From: a virus
DNA length: 64,000 bases
Virus record (IMG/VR): IMGVR_UViG_3300006916_000041
Coordinates: 64,001 to 128,000 of that record
Reading direction: 5' to 3' (one strand)
The first letter of the stretch is position 1, and every line of letters starts with the position of its first letter. The translations under genes and the position numbers were made by a program. Below the pieces are notes generated by a model. It was not told the DNA's origin. It saw only the letters and a program-made list of their open reading frames with translations, and searched no databases. This document shows positions 1 to 8,860 of this stretch, piece after piece.

Positions 1-1
1 G

Positions 2-205
2 GAGTATGACCAGGAAGTGATTGAATGGTTGACTGCAAAAGGATTTACAGAAACAATGGGTGCAAGACCAATGGCAAGAGTTATAAACGAAAAAATCAAG
101 AAACCATTAGCCAAACAAATATTGTTTGGTCAAGATGTAGACTTGGTTAAATTGAGTATACAAGAAGATGACATCAATATCCAAACAGATAAGGTCCAGA
201 GCTGA
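2..205 (+). CDS. ClpA/ClpB AAA+ chaperone, C-terminal end (5' truncated by window)
   Basis: GF...MGARPMARVINEKIKKPLA matches the ClpB D2-small domain; frame is open to the window edge. Confidence 0.85.
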   Translation, partial: EYDQEVIEWLTAKGFTETMGARPMARVINEKIKKPLAKQILFGQDVDLVKLSIQEDDINIQTDKVQS

Positions 206-893
206 CTTTAAGTTAAACACCAAAGTATTTTATAAAAAACACACCTGGAGAGTTGAATTTTTTCAGCCAAAGTGGCGTGAAGCTAGTAGTGAAATCATAA
301 AAAACTCTTGGTATAGAAATAGAAAAATATATGATTATCTAGAATATCACGAACTTGCGAGTTGGAAAGTGAGATCAGACAGTAGTTACTTTGTATACTT
401 AACCAGACCTGACCGAATACCAGAACTGTTAGCTCAATGGGGTGAAGATGTAATCGAAATAAGAGGCCCTATCAATGATCGTCACCAAGATATCATGCTT
501 GCTGATTTACAAGTTGTTACTAGAAAACAACTTTGGTATGGTCAATATAGATATAAAATAAGTAGTACTCAACACGGTAGCACTGATCAAGCTGTGTTTC
601 AAGAAATGCAGGAATTTTGCGACGAAAGTTTTGAACATGGAACTTATAAAATAAACAATGTATTAAAAAGATCTAGTAAATCAGCTCAACAAAAACTGAA
701 ACAATTGCAAGCCAACTATACCACAGCCAGCGGTTATCAAGGTAACTTGTTTTCAGCATACAGATGGATGCCTTATACTGCAACAGGCAGTATATATCTT
801 ACCAATCATGACGATGTTGTTACACTGCATATGATGTTTAAACCTCATATTACTTCAAGTCAAAAAGTTGTCACCTTCGACGAATTAGAATAA
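168..893 (+). CDS. hypothetical phage protein
   Basis: 241-aa ORF in gene-dense + strand run. Confidence 0.7.
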   Translation: MTSISKQIRSRADFKLNTKVFYKKHTWRVEFFQPKWREASSEIIKNSWYRNRKIYDYLEYHELASWKVRSDSSYFVYLTRPDRIPELLAQWGEDVIEIRGPINDRHQDIMLADLQVVTRKQLWYGQYRYKISSTQHGSTDQAVFQEMQEFCDESFEHGTYKINNVLKRSSKSAQQKLKQLQANYTTASGYQGNLFSAYRWMPYTATGSIYLTNHDDVVTLHMMFKPHITSSQKVVTFDELE

Positions 894-896
894 ATA
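891..896 (+). promoter_or_regulatory. putative T4-type late promoter TAAATA (representative). Also at 1460, 2472, 2850, 3268, 5298, 5865, 11482, 17304, 41061, 45011, 48995, 58082, 63225 (+) and 60820-60825, 63211-63216, ~52755-52760 (-)
   Basis: TAAATA recurs at short intergenic junctions before genes; T4 late consensus is TATAAATA (full match at 2848, 3266, 58080). Confidence 0.7.
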
Positions 897-917
897 TATG
901 TAGAAAGGTGATTTACT

Positions 918-1085
918 ATGGCAAAATTAAACGAAGACATGGTTGTTATCAAAGTCAGCGAACTGCTAAAAGATAGCGATGATGATCGAAAAATCTTGAA
1001 CCACGAAATAGTAAGTACTATTGAGGCCGCAGTACAAGAACTTGTAGGTGCTGGCAAACTAGTAGAGATTATACAAGAACAATGA
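918..1085 (+). CDS. small hypothetical protein MAKLNEDMVVIKVSELLKD... (55 aa, below ORF-track cutoff)
   Basis: SD AAAGGTG upstream; stop overlaps next ATG (ATGA). Confidence 0.75.
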   Translation: MAKLNEDMVVIKVSELLKDSDDDRKILNHEIVSTIEAAVQELVGAGKLVEIIQEQ

Positions 1086-1462
1086 GCGACAGTATTGAAA
1101 TATTATCACACACTGCTAGCCTAAGTTACACAGGCGATAAAGCCAAAGGCGATGGCTACTACAACACCAGCGATGGATTACACACAGTTGCATGGTATTT
1201 GACTAATTTTTTAGGTAGAATATACATGGAAGGTAGCTTGGTGACTGAACCAACCGACAGTGACTGGTTTGTAATTCCAATTGGTAGTGGAACTGATTAT
1301 AAAGAATATACAAGTCAAACAACAGTAACTGAAGCATTCAATTTTACAAACAATGCTGTTTGGGTTAGAGCTAGAGTGGACAGAAGCGCACTAGATCCTG
1401 CGCCAGGTAGCTATGATCAATCATTGCATGGAACAGTAGAAAAGGTTTTATTAAACCGCTAA
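1082..1462 (+). CDS. putative virion structural protein
   Basis: beta-rich 126 aa (GDGYY...LHTV...WF...WVRA), downstream of late promoter. Confidence 0.55.
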   Translation: MSDSIEILSHTASLSYTGDKAKGDGYYNTSDGLHTVAWYLTNFLGRIYMEGSLVTEPTDSDWFVIPIGSGTDYKEYTSQTTVTEAFNFTNNAVWVRARVDRSALDPAPGSYDQSLHGTVEKVLLNR

Positions 1463-1483
1463 ATATTAGCGAGAGGGCAGCAC

Positions 1484-1804
1484 ATGAAGGCTAGAGAATT
1501 TACAATTAACGTTCCTATCAACATTAAAATCAATGGCGATGGAGATCCTGAGATTGATGTAGCAGGCGAAAATCCTGAGGAGCCACAACCTGGTCAAGAT
1601 GTGCTGGATCCTAATCCAGTGATGGTACCTCCACTACAGCAAAATATTGAATTGAAAAAAGCAGCCTTGGGCAAAGAAGGCGATGTCGTTGATAAAATAA
1701 CACAAGATCAGGATCAAAGTGATCCACTTGAAGATGTTGACGACGGCAAAAACAAACTAGTAGGAGTAGTGTTCGCTGGAGACGACAGCCATTTAGAGGA
1801 CTGA
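1484..1804 (+). CDS. acidic hypothetical late protein (MKAREF N-terminus)
   Basis: TAAATA and SD GAGGG upstream. Confidence 0.65.
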   Translation: MKAREFTINVPINIKINGDGDPEIDVAGENPEEPQPGQDVLDPNPVMVPPLQQNIELKKAALGKEGDVVDKITQDQDQSDPLEDVDDGKNKLVGVVFAGDDSHLED

Positions 1805-1808
1805 TCCG

Positions 1809-2471
1809 GTGCCTATTCAAAAGTTTAACACCAGTGAAAAGCGCAACATAGATGTAGCCCAGTTTGTGGGAGACAAAGATCGTTTGTTCTTTGATGTTGC
1901 AACACGTACATTCAGATTGAGTGATGGTGTTACTCCAGGTGGTCTAGTAATCAATACCAGTGGAGGAGGTGGGGGTAGTTTAACAGGTATCAATGACTAC
2001 ACAACTGGTCCTGTTATGACTCTCACTGATGTAAATGTTAATGTTGAAAACAGTTTTACCATTGAAAGTGACGAGGGGTTAAATCCTGTCAAATCCACAA
2101 GTTATGTACTTTATGGAACAACTACAAATGGTTCTCCTACAGAACTATTCAGAGATGCAAACAACACAAGAATAGCTTGTGTTAGTCAAACCACATACTT
2201 TTATGAAGCTGACATAGTTGCACGTAATGATACAACACCAGATCACGCTGCATTTAGAATAAAAGGTGCTATCGATATAACACAAGCAGGTGTAACATCA
2301 GAACTCAACACACAAAAAGAAATTATTCATGCAGGTACTAATTATCAATACGATGCAGAAGTAATAGCAGACGATACCAACGATGCTATTGTGATACGTG
2401 TTGTAGGCGAAGCAAACAATACACTACGGTGGAGTGCTATTGTAAAAGTCACTGAAGTTACCCATACATGA
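1809..2471 (+). CDS. putative tail/fibre-associated structural protein
   Basis: N-terminal RLSDGVTPGG motif typical of phage fibre N-termini, Gly linker, beta-rich C-terminus. Confidence 0.55.
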   Translation: MPIQKFNTSEKRNIDVAQFVGDKDRLFFDVATRTFRLSDGVTPGGLVINTSGGGGGSLTGINDYTTGPVMTLTDVNVNVENSFTIESDEGLNPVKSTSYVLYGTTTNGSPTELFRDANNTRIACVSQTTYFYEADIVARNDTTPDHAAFRIKGAIDITQAGVTSELNTQKEIIHAGTNYQYDAEVIADDTNDAIVIRVVGEANNTLRWSAIVKVTEVTHT

Positions 2472-2528
2472 TAAATAAATGTATAAGTTCACACGATGAT
2501 GTGAGCGAGAGAAACAGGAGAAGTTAAA

Positions 2529-2795
2529 ATGGCTTTAACATCAAACGCAGCCCACAAAGCAGGCAACGGCCTAGGTAGCCGTACACAAATCATCAGCAGT
2601 GCAACTATTGCTGACCAAGCAGCTCTAGACACATTCGGCAAAGCAATTGCTGCTCTAGGACACACAATCGCAGCAGTCGACGGTGCACACGGTGGCACAA
2701 TGCACTTTGCGATCCAAGGTGGTCCACTACCAATCTCAGCAGGCGCATATGCAGGCGAAACAGTAGCAGCAGTTTGTGACTTCGAAGAAGCATAA
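2529..2795 (+). CDS. small Ala/Gly-rich late protein (possible capsid decoration)
   Basis: own TAAATA, strong SD AGGAG, own terminator. Confidence 0.6.
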   Translation: MALTSNAAHKAGNGLGSRTQIISSATIADQAALDTFGKAIAALGHTIAAVDGAHGGTMHFAIQGGPLPISAGAYAGETVAAVCDFEEA

Positions 2796-2819
2796 GATTA
2801 GCTGATATCTTTTAAAGAG

Positions 2820-2848
2820 AAAGCCTCGCAACCAGCGGGGCTTTTTTT
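2820..2848 (+). terminator. rho-independent terminator
   Basis: AAAGCCTCGC-aacca-GCGGGGCTTT followed by T-run. Confidence 0.8.
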
Positions 2849-2878
2849 ATAAATACTGCTAATATAAAGGAGACAGTT

Positions 2879-3211
2879 ATGGTAGCAAGAGCAGCAAATA
2901 ACTTAGTAGCATTTGGACACACCAATGGTATTGCAGCTGATATAGAAATGTTTACAATCGACGGAGGCGCAACACTAGCAAACGAAACCAATCCAGGCGA
3001 GGCAATGGACTTTATTGTCAGAGTAATTGAAGAAAAAGCAAACATTCTAGCAGTAGGTGCAGAAGACGGCGCTGGAGGATTTAGAATCATGCTACACGGT
3101 GGAAAATGGACAGCCAGTGATCTACAAACAGCAATTCAAGCACTGGGTGCAACGGTAGGCACAAACAGCTACGATGCAAGTGGTGCAACAGTAACAGATT
3201 TTACATTCTAA
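2879..3211 (+). CDS. small Ala/Gly-rich late protein (possible capsid decoration)
   Basis: TATAAATA and SD AAGGGAG upstream, terminator downstream. Confidence 0.6.
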   Translation: MVARAANNLVAFGHTNGIAADIEMFTIDGGATLANETNPGEAMDFIVRVIEEKANILAVGAEDGAGGFRIMLHGGKWTASDLQTAIQALGATVGTNSYDASGATVTDFTF

Positions 3212-3237
3212 AAACAGAAATGTTCCCCCCAGGAAAG

Positions 3238-3266
3238 AGGGCGTACTCAGGTGCGTCCTTTTTTTT
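3238..3266 (+). terminator. rho-independent terminator
   Basis: AGGGCGTAC-tcag-GTGCGTCCT followed by T-run. Confidence 0.75.
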
Positions 3267-3300
3267 ATAAATACTAGTGCAGACAGAGGAGTTTGAAACC

Positions 3301-3651
3301 ATGAATCAAAATAGTTTTTGGTGGTATGCACCAGAGTATTTTAGTAGATGGAGACTGTTTCCGAGGGCTTTTATAAGCATGTACATTTATTTGCTTTACG
3401 AAGTATGTACATGGTTTATGGCACTGGCTGAACCAAACAATGCACAAGCAGGACTAGTGAGTGTGGTCGTGGGTGCAGGTGCAGCTTGGTTTGGTCTTTA
3501 TGTAAACAGTACCAGTAGTAAACATGTTGAAGTGCCACAACAACAAGGTTCAATGCCCGGTAGTTCTAACTCAACTACAACTAGGGTAAATATAGATACA
3601 ACAGAAACACTAGTAGATGATGATCTACCACCACCAGTAAGAAGAATGTAA
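3301..3651 (+). CDS. two-TM membrane protein (holin-like)
   Basis: hydrophobic segments AFISMYIYLLYEV and GLVSVVVGAGAAWFGLY; SD GAGGAG before ATG 3301. Confidence 0.6.
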   Translation: MNQNSFWWYAPEYFSRWRLFPRAFISMYIYLLYEVCTWFMALAEPNNAQAGLVSVVVGAGAAWFGLYVNSTSSKHVEVPQQQGSMPGSSNSTTTRVNIDTTETLVDDDLPPPVRRM

Positions 3652-4208
3652 TGCAAGATTTCTATATTCAACAACGTACACAAAAAACACTAAACGCTGA
3701 AGAAATTCAGCGTTGGTTCTTCACTGTGGTAATGCTAGCACCAGAAGGTGTTGTTGCAGGAGATGATGAAACTGCTGAATTTATGTTAGCAGCACAAGCA
3801 GAAGATTACATATATCGTATTCCGCTATCAAGACATCTTACCGCAGATGAAGCTGAACGTATTGTTGTTGGATATATGAGAGTTACTGAGCATGACTTTG
3901 AAATTGAAACCAGTAATGTGTATCGTGCAGACGCAGACTTCGGACATCCATTCGAAGCAGACATAACCATGGACGAAGGTGCTAGAGATGTACTACAACA
4001 ATCATATGCTAGACAAGCACACAATGAGTGGATACAGGAAATGATGGGCCAGGGATATCGTTATGGTCTTAACATGAGTGTAAACGAAAAAACACATCCA
4101 GCTATGAGACCTTATGATGACCTTCCTGAAAACTACAGAAAAATGCCTCAAATAAACGATCAACGTTTGTTAGACTACTACAGTTTAAACATCAGTAAAT
4201 TTTCTTGA
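3651..4208 (+). CDS. RyR-domain protein
   Basis: HNEW...GYRYG...KTHPAMRPYDDLPE matches the RyR repeat signature. Confidence 0.65.
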   Translation: MQDFYIQQRTQKTLNAEEIQRWFFTVVMLAPEGVVAGDDETAEFMLAAQAEDYIYRIPLSRHLTADEAERIVVGYMRVTEHDFEIETSNVYRADADFGHPFEADITMDEGARDVLQQSYARQAHNEWIQEMMGQGYRYGLNMSVNEKTHPAMRPYDDLPENYRKMPQINDQRLLDYYSLNISKFS

Positions 4209-4233
4209 CATCTTGAATAATATACGCTATAGT
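4205..4233 (+). promoter_or_regulatory. sigma70-like promoter
   Basis: TTGACA-N17-TATAGT upstream of uvsE. Confidence 0.75.
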
Positions 4234-4250
4234 GTATAAAGTGAAATTAT

Positions 4251-5300
4251 ATGACGGAGCGTAATATGACTAGACGAATTGGATTTGCATGCAAGTACAT
4301 GCATCCTGATCAAAATCAGCCCAAGAAGATACTAGAAGAACTACAGCGTCCGTTGAACGAAAAAGCCACAACTATTACATGGCTTAACAATCAAACACAA
4401 GAAGTAGCAGAACAACGCCTGTGGGATATTATGGAACACAATGGTAAGGCTGCACTGCGTCTTGTAGAATATGTTGGAGGATTACCTCATGAATTACGAA
4501 TGGTCCGCCTTGGGTCAAATCAGCTTCCTGCTTATACTCAGCGGGACTGGAGTTATTATTGGCGCAAGCCTGATGTCAGACAAAGAGCCGAACAACTCTA
4601 TGCAAGAGTGGGTCAAGCTGCACGTGAGCTTGATGTTCGCATGTCTATGCATCCTGGCCAGTTTACTGTTCTTGCAAGTGATAGCCCTGATATTGTAAAT
4701 AGAAGTATAGAGGAGTTTGAATATCATGCGGATATCATCAGATACATGGGCTACGGTAAAACTTGGCAAGACTTCAAATGTAACGTCCACATCTCAGGTA
4801 GACAAGGTCCGCAAGGCATCAAAGACATCCTTCCAAGATTGTCTCCAGAAGCACGAAACTGTATTACTATCGAAAACGACGAAAACTCCTGGGGACTCGA
4901 CGCAAGCCTAGAGCTTGAAAAACATGTAGCATTGGTGATCGACATACATCACCATTGGGTTAAAACTGGAGAATATATTGAACCTGATGATGACAGGGTT
5001 AAGAGAATTCGTGATAGCTGGCGTGGTGTTCGCCCTAGTATGCATTATAGCATATCTAAGGAAACTTATATCACAGAACATAGACACGACACAAGGCCGT
5101 CCATGGAAGATCTCTTACAGCAAGGATACAAAAAAGCTAAACTAAGAGCACACAGCGATATGTGCTGGAATTATGCCTGTAACAATTGGGCATTGAGTTT
5201 TTGGGATGATTTTGATATCATGGTAGAAGCCAAACACAAGAACTTGGCTAGCGCACAGCTCTACAAACACTATCTTCAATTAGCACACAATCAGCACTAA
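4251..5300 (+). CDS. uvsE: UV damage endonuclease
   Basis: IGFAC, RMSMHPGQF, IENDE, DIHHH, HYS, AHSD, DIMVEAKHK motifs. Confidence 0.93.
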   Translation: MTERNMTRRIGFACKYMHPDQNQPKKILEELQRPLNEKATTITWLNNQTQEVAEQRLWDIMEHNGKAALRLVEYVGGLPHELRMVRLGSNQLPAYTQRDWSYYWRKPDVRQRAEQLYARVGQAARELDVRMSMHPGQFTVLASDSPDIVNRSIEEFEYHADIIRYMGYGKTWQDFKCNVHISGRQGPQGIKDILPRLSPEARNCITIENDENSWGLDASLELEKHVALVIDIHHHWVKTGEYIEPDDDRVKRIRDSWRGVRPSMHYSISKETYITEHRHDTRPSMEDLLQQGYKKAKLRAHSDMCWNYACNNWALSFWDDFDIMVEAKHKNLASAQLYKHYLQLAHNQH

Positions 5301-5308
5301 ATACTAGT

Positions 5309-5377
5309 GTCCGATAGTACTCATGAGAGGACTTATGGGGTTCCCACCCCGTAGCGACTAGAACTCGCATAGGACTT
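5309..5377 (+). ncRNA. putative structured 5' leader RNA
   Basis: GC-rich segment with hairpins TATGGGG/CCCCGTA and GCGA/TCGC; GTCC can pair with either of two GGAC. Confidence 0.4.
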
Positions 5378-5395
5378 CTTTTAAGGAGAAAACAA

Positions 5396-5836
5396 ATGGG
5401 AAGACCACTTAATAAAAGATATTTCGGAGCACCTACAGCAGGCGGTAACGAAATCAAAGTTCAGTTTAATGCAGGCTCTGGCTCAACACCAGGTTACATT
5501 GTAAAGCAAACTGGTTCAAAGCGTTTCAAAGTTTCAAACGCAGGCGGCACAGATACAGGTACTTGTTATCTAGTAGATAAAGCAAGTGCTGATTTGCTAG
5601 AAGGTGAAATGTCAATTGTTGTTGATGATAACGGCACAGCTCGTCAAGTCACAAAAATCTCAGGACGTAAAGTAACACTTGATAACGGTACTGTTACAGG
5701 TTGGGACTTCACAGGCGCTGGCGATTATGTAGCAATTGAAGAAGCTGGTACAGGTATTGGCGCAGGTGTTGACGCAATTCTTGGCACAGCAGACGATACT
5801 CTGGACGGTGCTGACGATATTGAAGGCGACGGCTAA
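5396..5836 (+). CDS. putative virion structural protein (MGRPLNKRYFG)
   Basis: late promoter, strong SD AAGGAG, Gly/Thr-rich. Confidence 0.65.
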   Translation: MGRPLNKRYFGAPTAGGNEIKVQFNAGSGSTPGYIVKQTGSKRFKVSNAGGTDTGTCYLVDKASADLLEGEMSIVVDDNGTARQVTKISGRKVTLDNGTVTGWDFTGAGDYVAIEEAGTGIGAGVDAILGTADDTLDGADDIEGDG

Positions 5837-5853
5837 CATCTTTTCTTAAACTT

Positions 5854-5893
5854 ACACCCTTGGCTAAATACTATAAAGTATTACCAAGGGTGT
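5854..5893 (+). promoter_or_regulatory. late promoter embedded in an RBS-sequestering hairpin
   Basis: ACACCCTTGG(5854-63)/CCAAGGGTGT(5884-93) plus inner AATACT/AGTATT; TAAATA at 5865; SD-like AAGGGTG in 3' arm. Confidence 0.65.
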
Positions 5894-5897
5894 TCTT

Positions 5898-6545
5898 ATG
5901 AAGATTAACGAATTTATTGAAACAAAGACTCCGGTGCAACAGGCTATCGAAGAACATGTAGCCAGAGGTGTACCGTTTAGAGAATGTATTTTCCGTCCAG
6001 GAAGTACTGCATTCAGAGAATTTTATCGCACAGTTAGAGACATGCACAGTCAAGGTTTGCTGGAGTTGGATTGGGAAGACGAAGAACTTCTCGAAACAGA
6101 TATTGGCGAATTGGTGCGTTTGAATGACGAAGTTGTTCCACTAGATGTTCCGTTTATGGAAGATATGAGTGACGAAGAAGTTGACGAATTTCACAAAGAA
6201 CTAGATAAACTCGTACACAAGCATTTAGGTCATAGTAGTGATGAAGAAGACCAGATGGATGAAGCAGAATACAATGGCAAAAAAGTAAAACTCAATTCAC
6301 CTAAAAGAGGCGGCAGCAAAAAGTTTTATGTATATGTAAAAAATCCAAAAACAGGCAGAGTAAAAAAGATCAGTTGGGGAGACACAACTGGACTAAGTGT
6401 AAAGGCCAAAGACCCAGGTAGAGTCAAAAGTTTTGTAGCAAGACACAAATGTAAACAGGCAAATGATAAAACAACTGCAAGATACTGGAGTTGCAGAACT
6501 CCACGTTACAAAAGTTTAGGCGTTAAAGGAGGCCAGTGGTGGTAA
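5898..6545 (+). CDS. putative internal head protein (acidic N-part, basic C-terminal module)
   Basis: MKINEFIE leader; MDE^AEYNGKK...ARHKC...YWSC module. Confidence 0.65.
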   Translation: MKINEFIETKTPVQQAIEEHVARGVPFRECIFRPGSTAFREFYRTVRDMHSQGLLELDWEDEELLETDIGELVRLNDEVVPLDVPFMEDMSDEEVDEFHKELDKLVHKHLGHSSDEEDQMDEAEYNGKKVKLNSPKRGGSKKFYVYVKNPKTGRVKKISWGDTTGLSVKAKDPGRVKSFVARHKCKQANDKTTARYWSCRTPRYKSLGVKGGQWW

Positions 6546-6811
6546 CTCCTTATACAGAAATTGTACAGGGTAGGAAAAGAACCAGAACTTTTGAAAGTTC
6601 TGTAGACGGAGAAGAATTAGTTTGGCACAGAGATAGGCAAACAAGAACAGTTAAAGTATTGGAGGGCACAGGTTGGAGATTTCAAATGGACAACCAATTG
6701 CCACAAAAATTACAACAAGGTGATGTCCTCCACATACCCAAAGAAACATATCATAGAATAATGGCTGGAGACAGCAACTTGGTAGTGGAAATAGAAGAAC
6801 ATGAAGATTAA
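6536..6811 (+). CDS. cupin-fold protein
   Basis: WHRD...VLEG...GDVLHIPKETYHRI. Confidence 0.65.
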   Translation: MVVTPYTEIVQGRKRTRTFESSVDGEELVWHRDRQTRTVKVLEGTGWRFQMDNQLPQKLQQGDVLHIPKETYHRIMAGDSNLVVEIEEHED

Positions 6812-7391
6812 TCAAGTAGACGAAAAGTGGAGCGAGAAATACAAGCGTAGTATTGACTGTGACAACCCACGAGGTTTCAGTCAAAAGGCCCATTGTGCTG
6901 GACATAAAAAAGCTAATGAAGAACTTACTGACTTCAACAAAGATGAGCCAATGAAAAGCACAGTTGCAGTGCCAGGCTATGGCACTATGAATATCGATAG
7001 TTTGATGAAGAATGTGATTGATCAAACTACTAACATGCTCAAACAAATGCAACAAAGCACACAAGGCTTTAGAAATGCAGATTATGAACTAAATCGCAAT
7101 CGAGTATTACCAACTAAAATTGCTGCACTTATACAAGCATTGGATGACCTACAAGCAATACGTGCCAAAGGCGGAGCTCGCAGTCGTAACATACAACAAG
7201 AAGCTGAACAAGAACCATTGCCAGTTGATGTTAACAAAATATTTGACAACATACAAGAATTTGAAAGCAGACAATACATCACTCCTCAAGATGCAGACAA
7301 AATGCGTCGTGGTGTTCAAAGTTTGACCAGTGGTAGACAAACCATAAACAGCGAAGCTATACTGCAACTATTGACAATGGTAACAAGATGA
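6801..7391 (+). CDS. putative internal head polyprotein
   Basis: MKINQVDE leader; KWSEKYKRSIDCDNPRGFSQKAHC module. Confidence 0.6.
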   Translation: MKINQVDEKWSEKYKRSIDCDNPRGFSQKAHCAGHKKANEELTDFNKDEPMKSTVAVPGYGTMNIDSLMKNVIDQTTNMLKQMQQSTQGFRNADYELNRNRVLPTKIAALIQALDDLQAIRAKGGARSRNIQQEAEQEPLPVDVNKIFDNIQEFESRQYITPQDADKMRRGVQSLTSGRQTINSEAILQLLTMVTR

Positions 7392-8860
7392 AAATCAATG
7401 AACTAACAGAAGCAGGTGTAGGCAAAATTACCAAACAGAATACCACTGTGGATGTCAAGCCAGGCGAAACTGAACGTCAAGCTGCTAAACTATTCCCTAT
7501 GAACAAAGGTGGAAAACCACAGCCGTTGCATGCAAAAGCTGCAAAAAACAGTACACCAAACAAATTGTTTAACTTGGGTTTAGCAGAAAATATCAGTGTC
7601 ACTGGCACAGAACGCAGACGCTTAGAAAGAAAAAAGGGCTTGGAAATAGGATCTCCTGAATGGTTTAAGCATTGGTTTAGTTTGCCTTATCTGAATGAAG
7701 GGTCTGAAATATTTTTAGAAGGTTATAAGTTACGATTAGAACGTGGCAAAGAGATGGATGTACTGCACATTGTAGATACAAAGTCAGGAAATCGCACAGA
7801 AGTTAGAGGCAAACCTGACTATGAACGTGCATATGATCCTCTAGATCCACTGCATCAGCTGTTGGACAAAATAGGTAAAGCAAGTAATATCAGTGATCTA
7901 ATTAACGGTGAACCAGTAGGCATTAATCCAAAACACCCAGACGGTGCAAGTGCCAAAGCAGCCGCTGATCGAGCATTTAACGAAGACATAGATGATAGAA
8001 AACAACGTATGTTTTTGGATGCCATGCTGGCAGCTATGCACAAACTAGTACAGAGCAAAGGTGACAAACAAAGTTTAGGCAGTTATGCATTTAGTATTGC
8101 CAAAAGTTTTGGATACGATCCTAGAGCGTTAATGAATTTGTACAAAGACCGTTACAATGTATCTGAGGATGTAACTGCAGGAGAATTAAATGCACTAGAA
8201 CGTGTGGTTGATCGTGCATTTGCACAAGTGGGAATCGATGTAGAGTTTACCAAACATTTTTTAGACAGAGCCAATGACAAGCGCAACGGTGAACCTATTA
8301 CAGTAAAAGAACTAGCACAACTGTTCAGCAAAGAAATACGCACTTGGGGCAAGCCAATTGCGCAAATGGGTCCAGACACCGAAGCCGTAATGAAAGATTT
8401 AGAAACAGACATTAATATTCCGTTTGTGTTGCGTTGGAATGGCAAAGAACTAGAAATGATTGCCAAAACTGTGATGCGTAAAAAGAACTTTCGCACCACT
8501 AACAAAGAGTTTCCTGTTGAAAACACACCAGGTACTTTGCTACACAAAATAAACTGGGGCGGTCAAAACAAACCACAGCAACCAAAACAAAATACTCAAC
8601 AACAACCCAAATCAAAGCCTAGGAACAGATACGACAAATTGGTTAACTGGTATAAAGAGTTGTTTAATGAAATAAGGTTAGAAGAAAACTTTGCTGATGG
8701 TAAAGTAAAAGGTAAAAGCAGACCAGGGCGTGTAAAACGTTCAGGTGCTAGTTGTGATGGTAGTGTTAGTGAACTAAGACGCAAAGCAAAAAATAGCAGT
8801 GGTGAGAAACAAAAAATGTATCACTGGTGTGCTAATATGAAATCGGGTAAAAAGAAATGA
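7388..8860 (+). CDS. putative internal head polyprotein
   Basis: MKINELTE leader; modules delimited by LAE^N, LNE^G, FLE^G, FNE^D, VSE^D, PVE^N, LEE^N. Confidence 0.65.
   Translation: MKINELTEAGVGKITKQNTTVDVKPGETERQAAKLFPMNKGGKPQPLHAKAAKNSTPNKLFNLGLAENISVTGTERRRLERKKGLEIGSPEWFKHWFSLPYLNEGSEIFLEGYKLRLERGKEMDVLHIVDTKSGNRTEVRGKPDYERAYDPLDPLHQLLDKIGKASNISDLINGEPVGINPKHPDGASAKAAADRAFNEDIDDRKQRMFLDAMLAAMHKLVQSKGDKQSLGSYAFSIAKSFGYDPRALMNLYKDRYNVSEDVTAGELNALERVVDRAFAQVGIDVEFTKHFLDRANDKRNGEPITVKELAQLFSKEIRTWGKPIAQMGPDTEAVMKDLETDINIPFVLRWNGKELEMIAKTVMRKKNFRTTNKEFPVENTPGTLLHKINWGGQNKPQQPKQNTQQQPKSKPRNRYDKLVNWYKELFNEIRLEENFADGKVKGKSRPGRVKRSGASCDGSVSELRRKAKNSSGEKQKMYHWCANMKSGKKK

Noticed and set aside
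5320-5335. Hammerhead-like CTCATGA in the 5.3-kb leader
   Set aside because: The core is not CUGANGA and there is no properly placed GAAA or stems.
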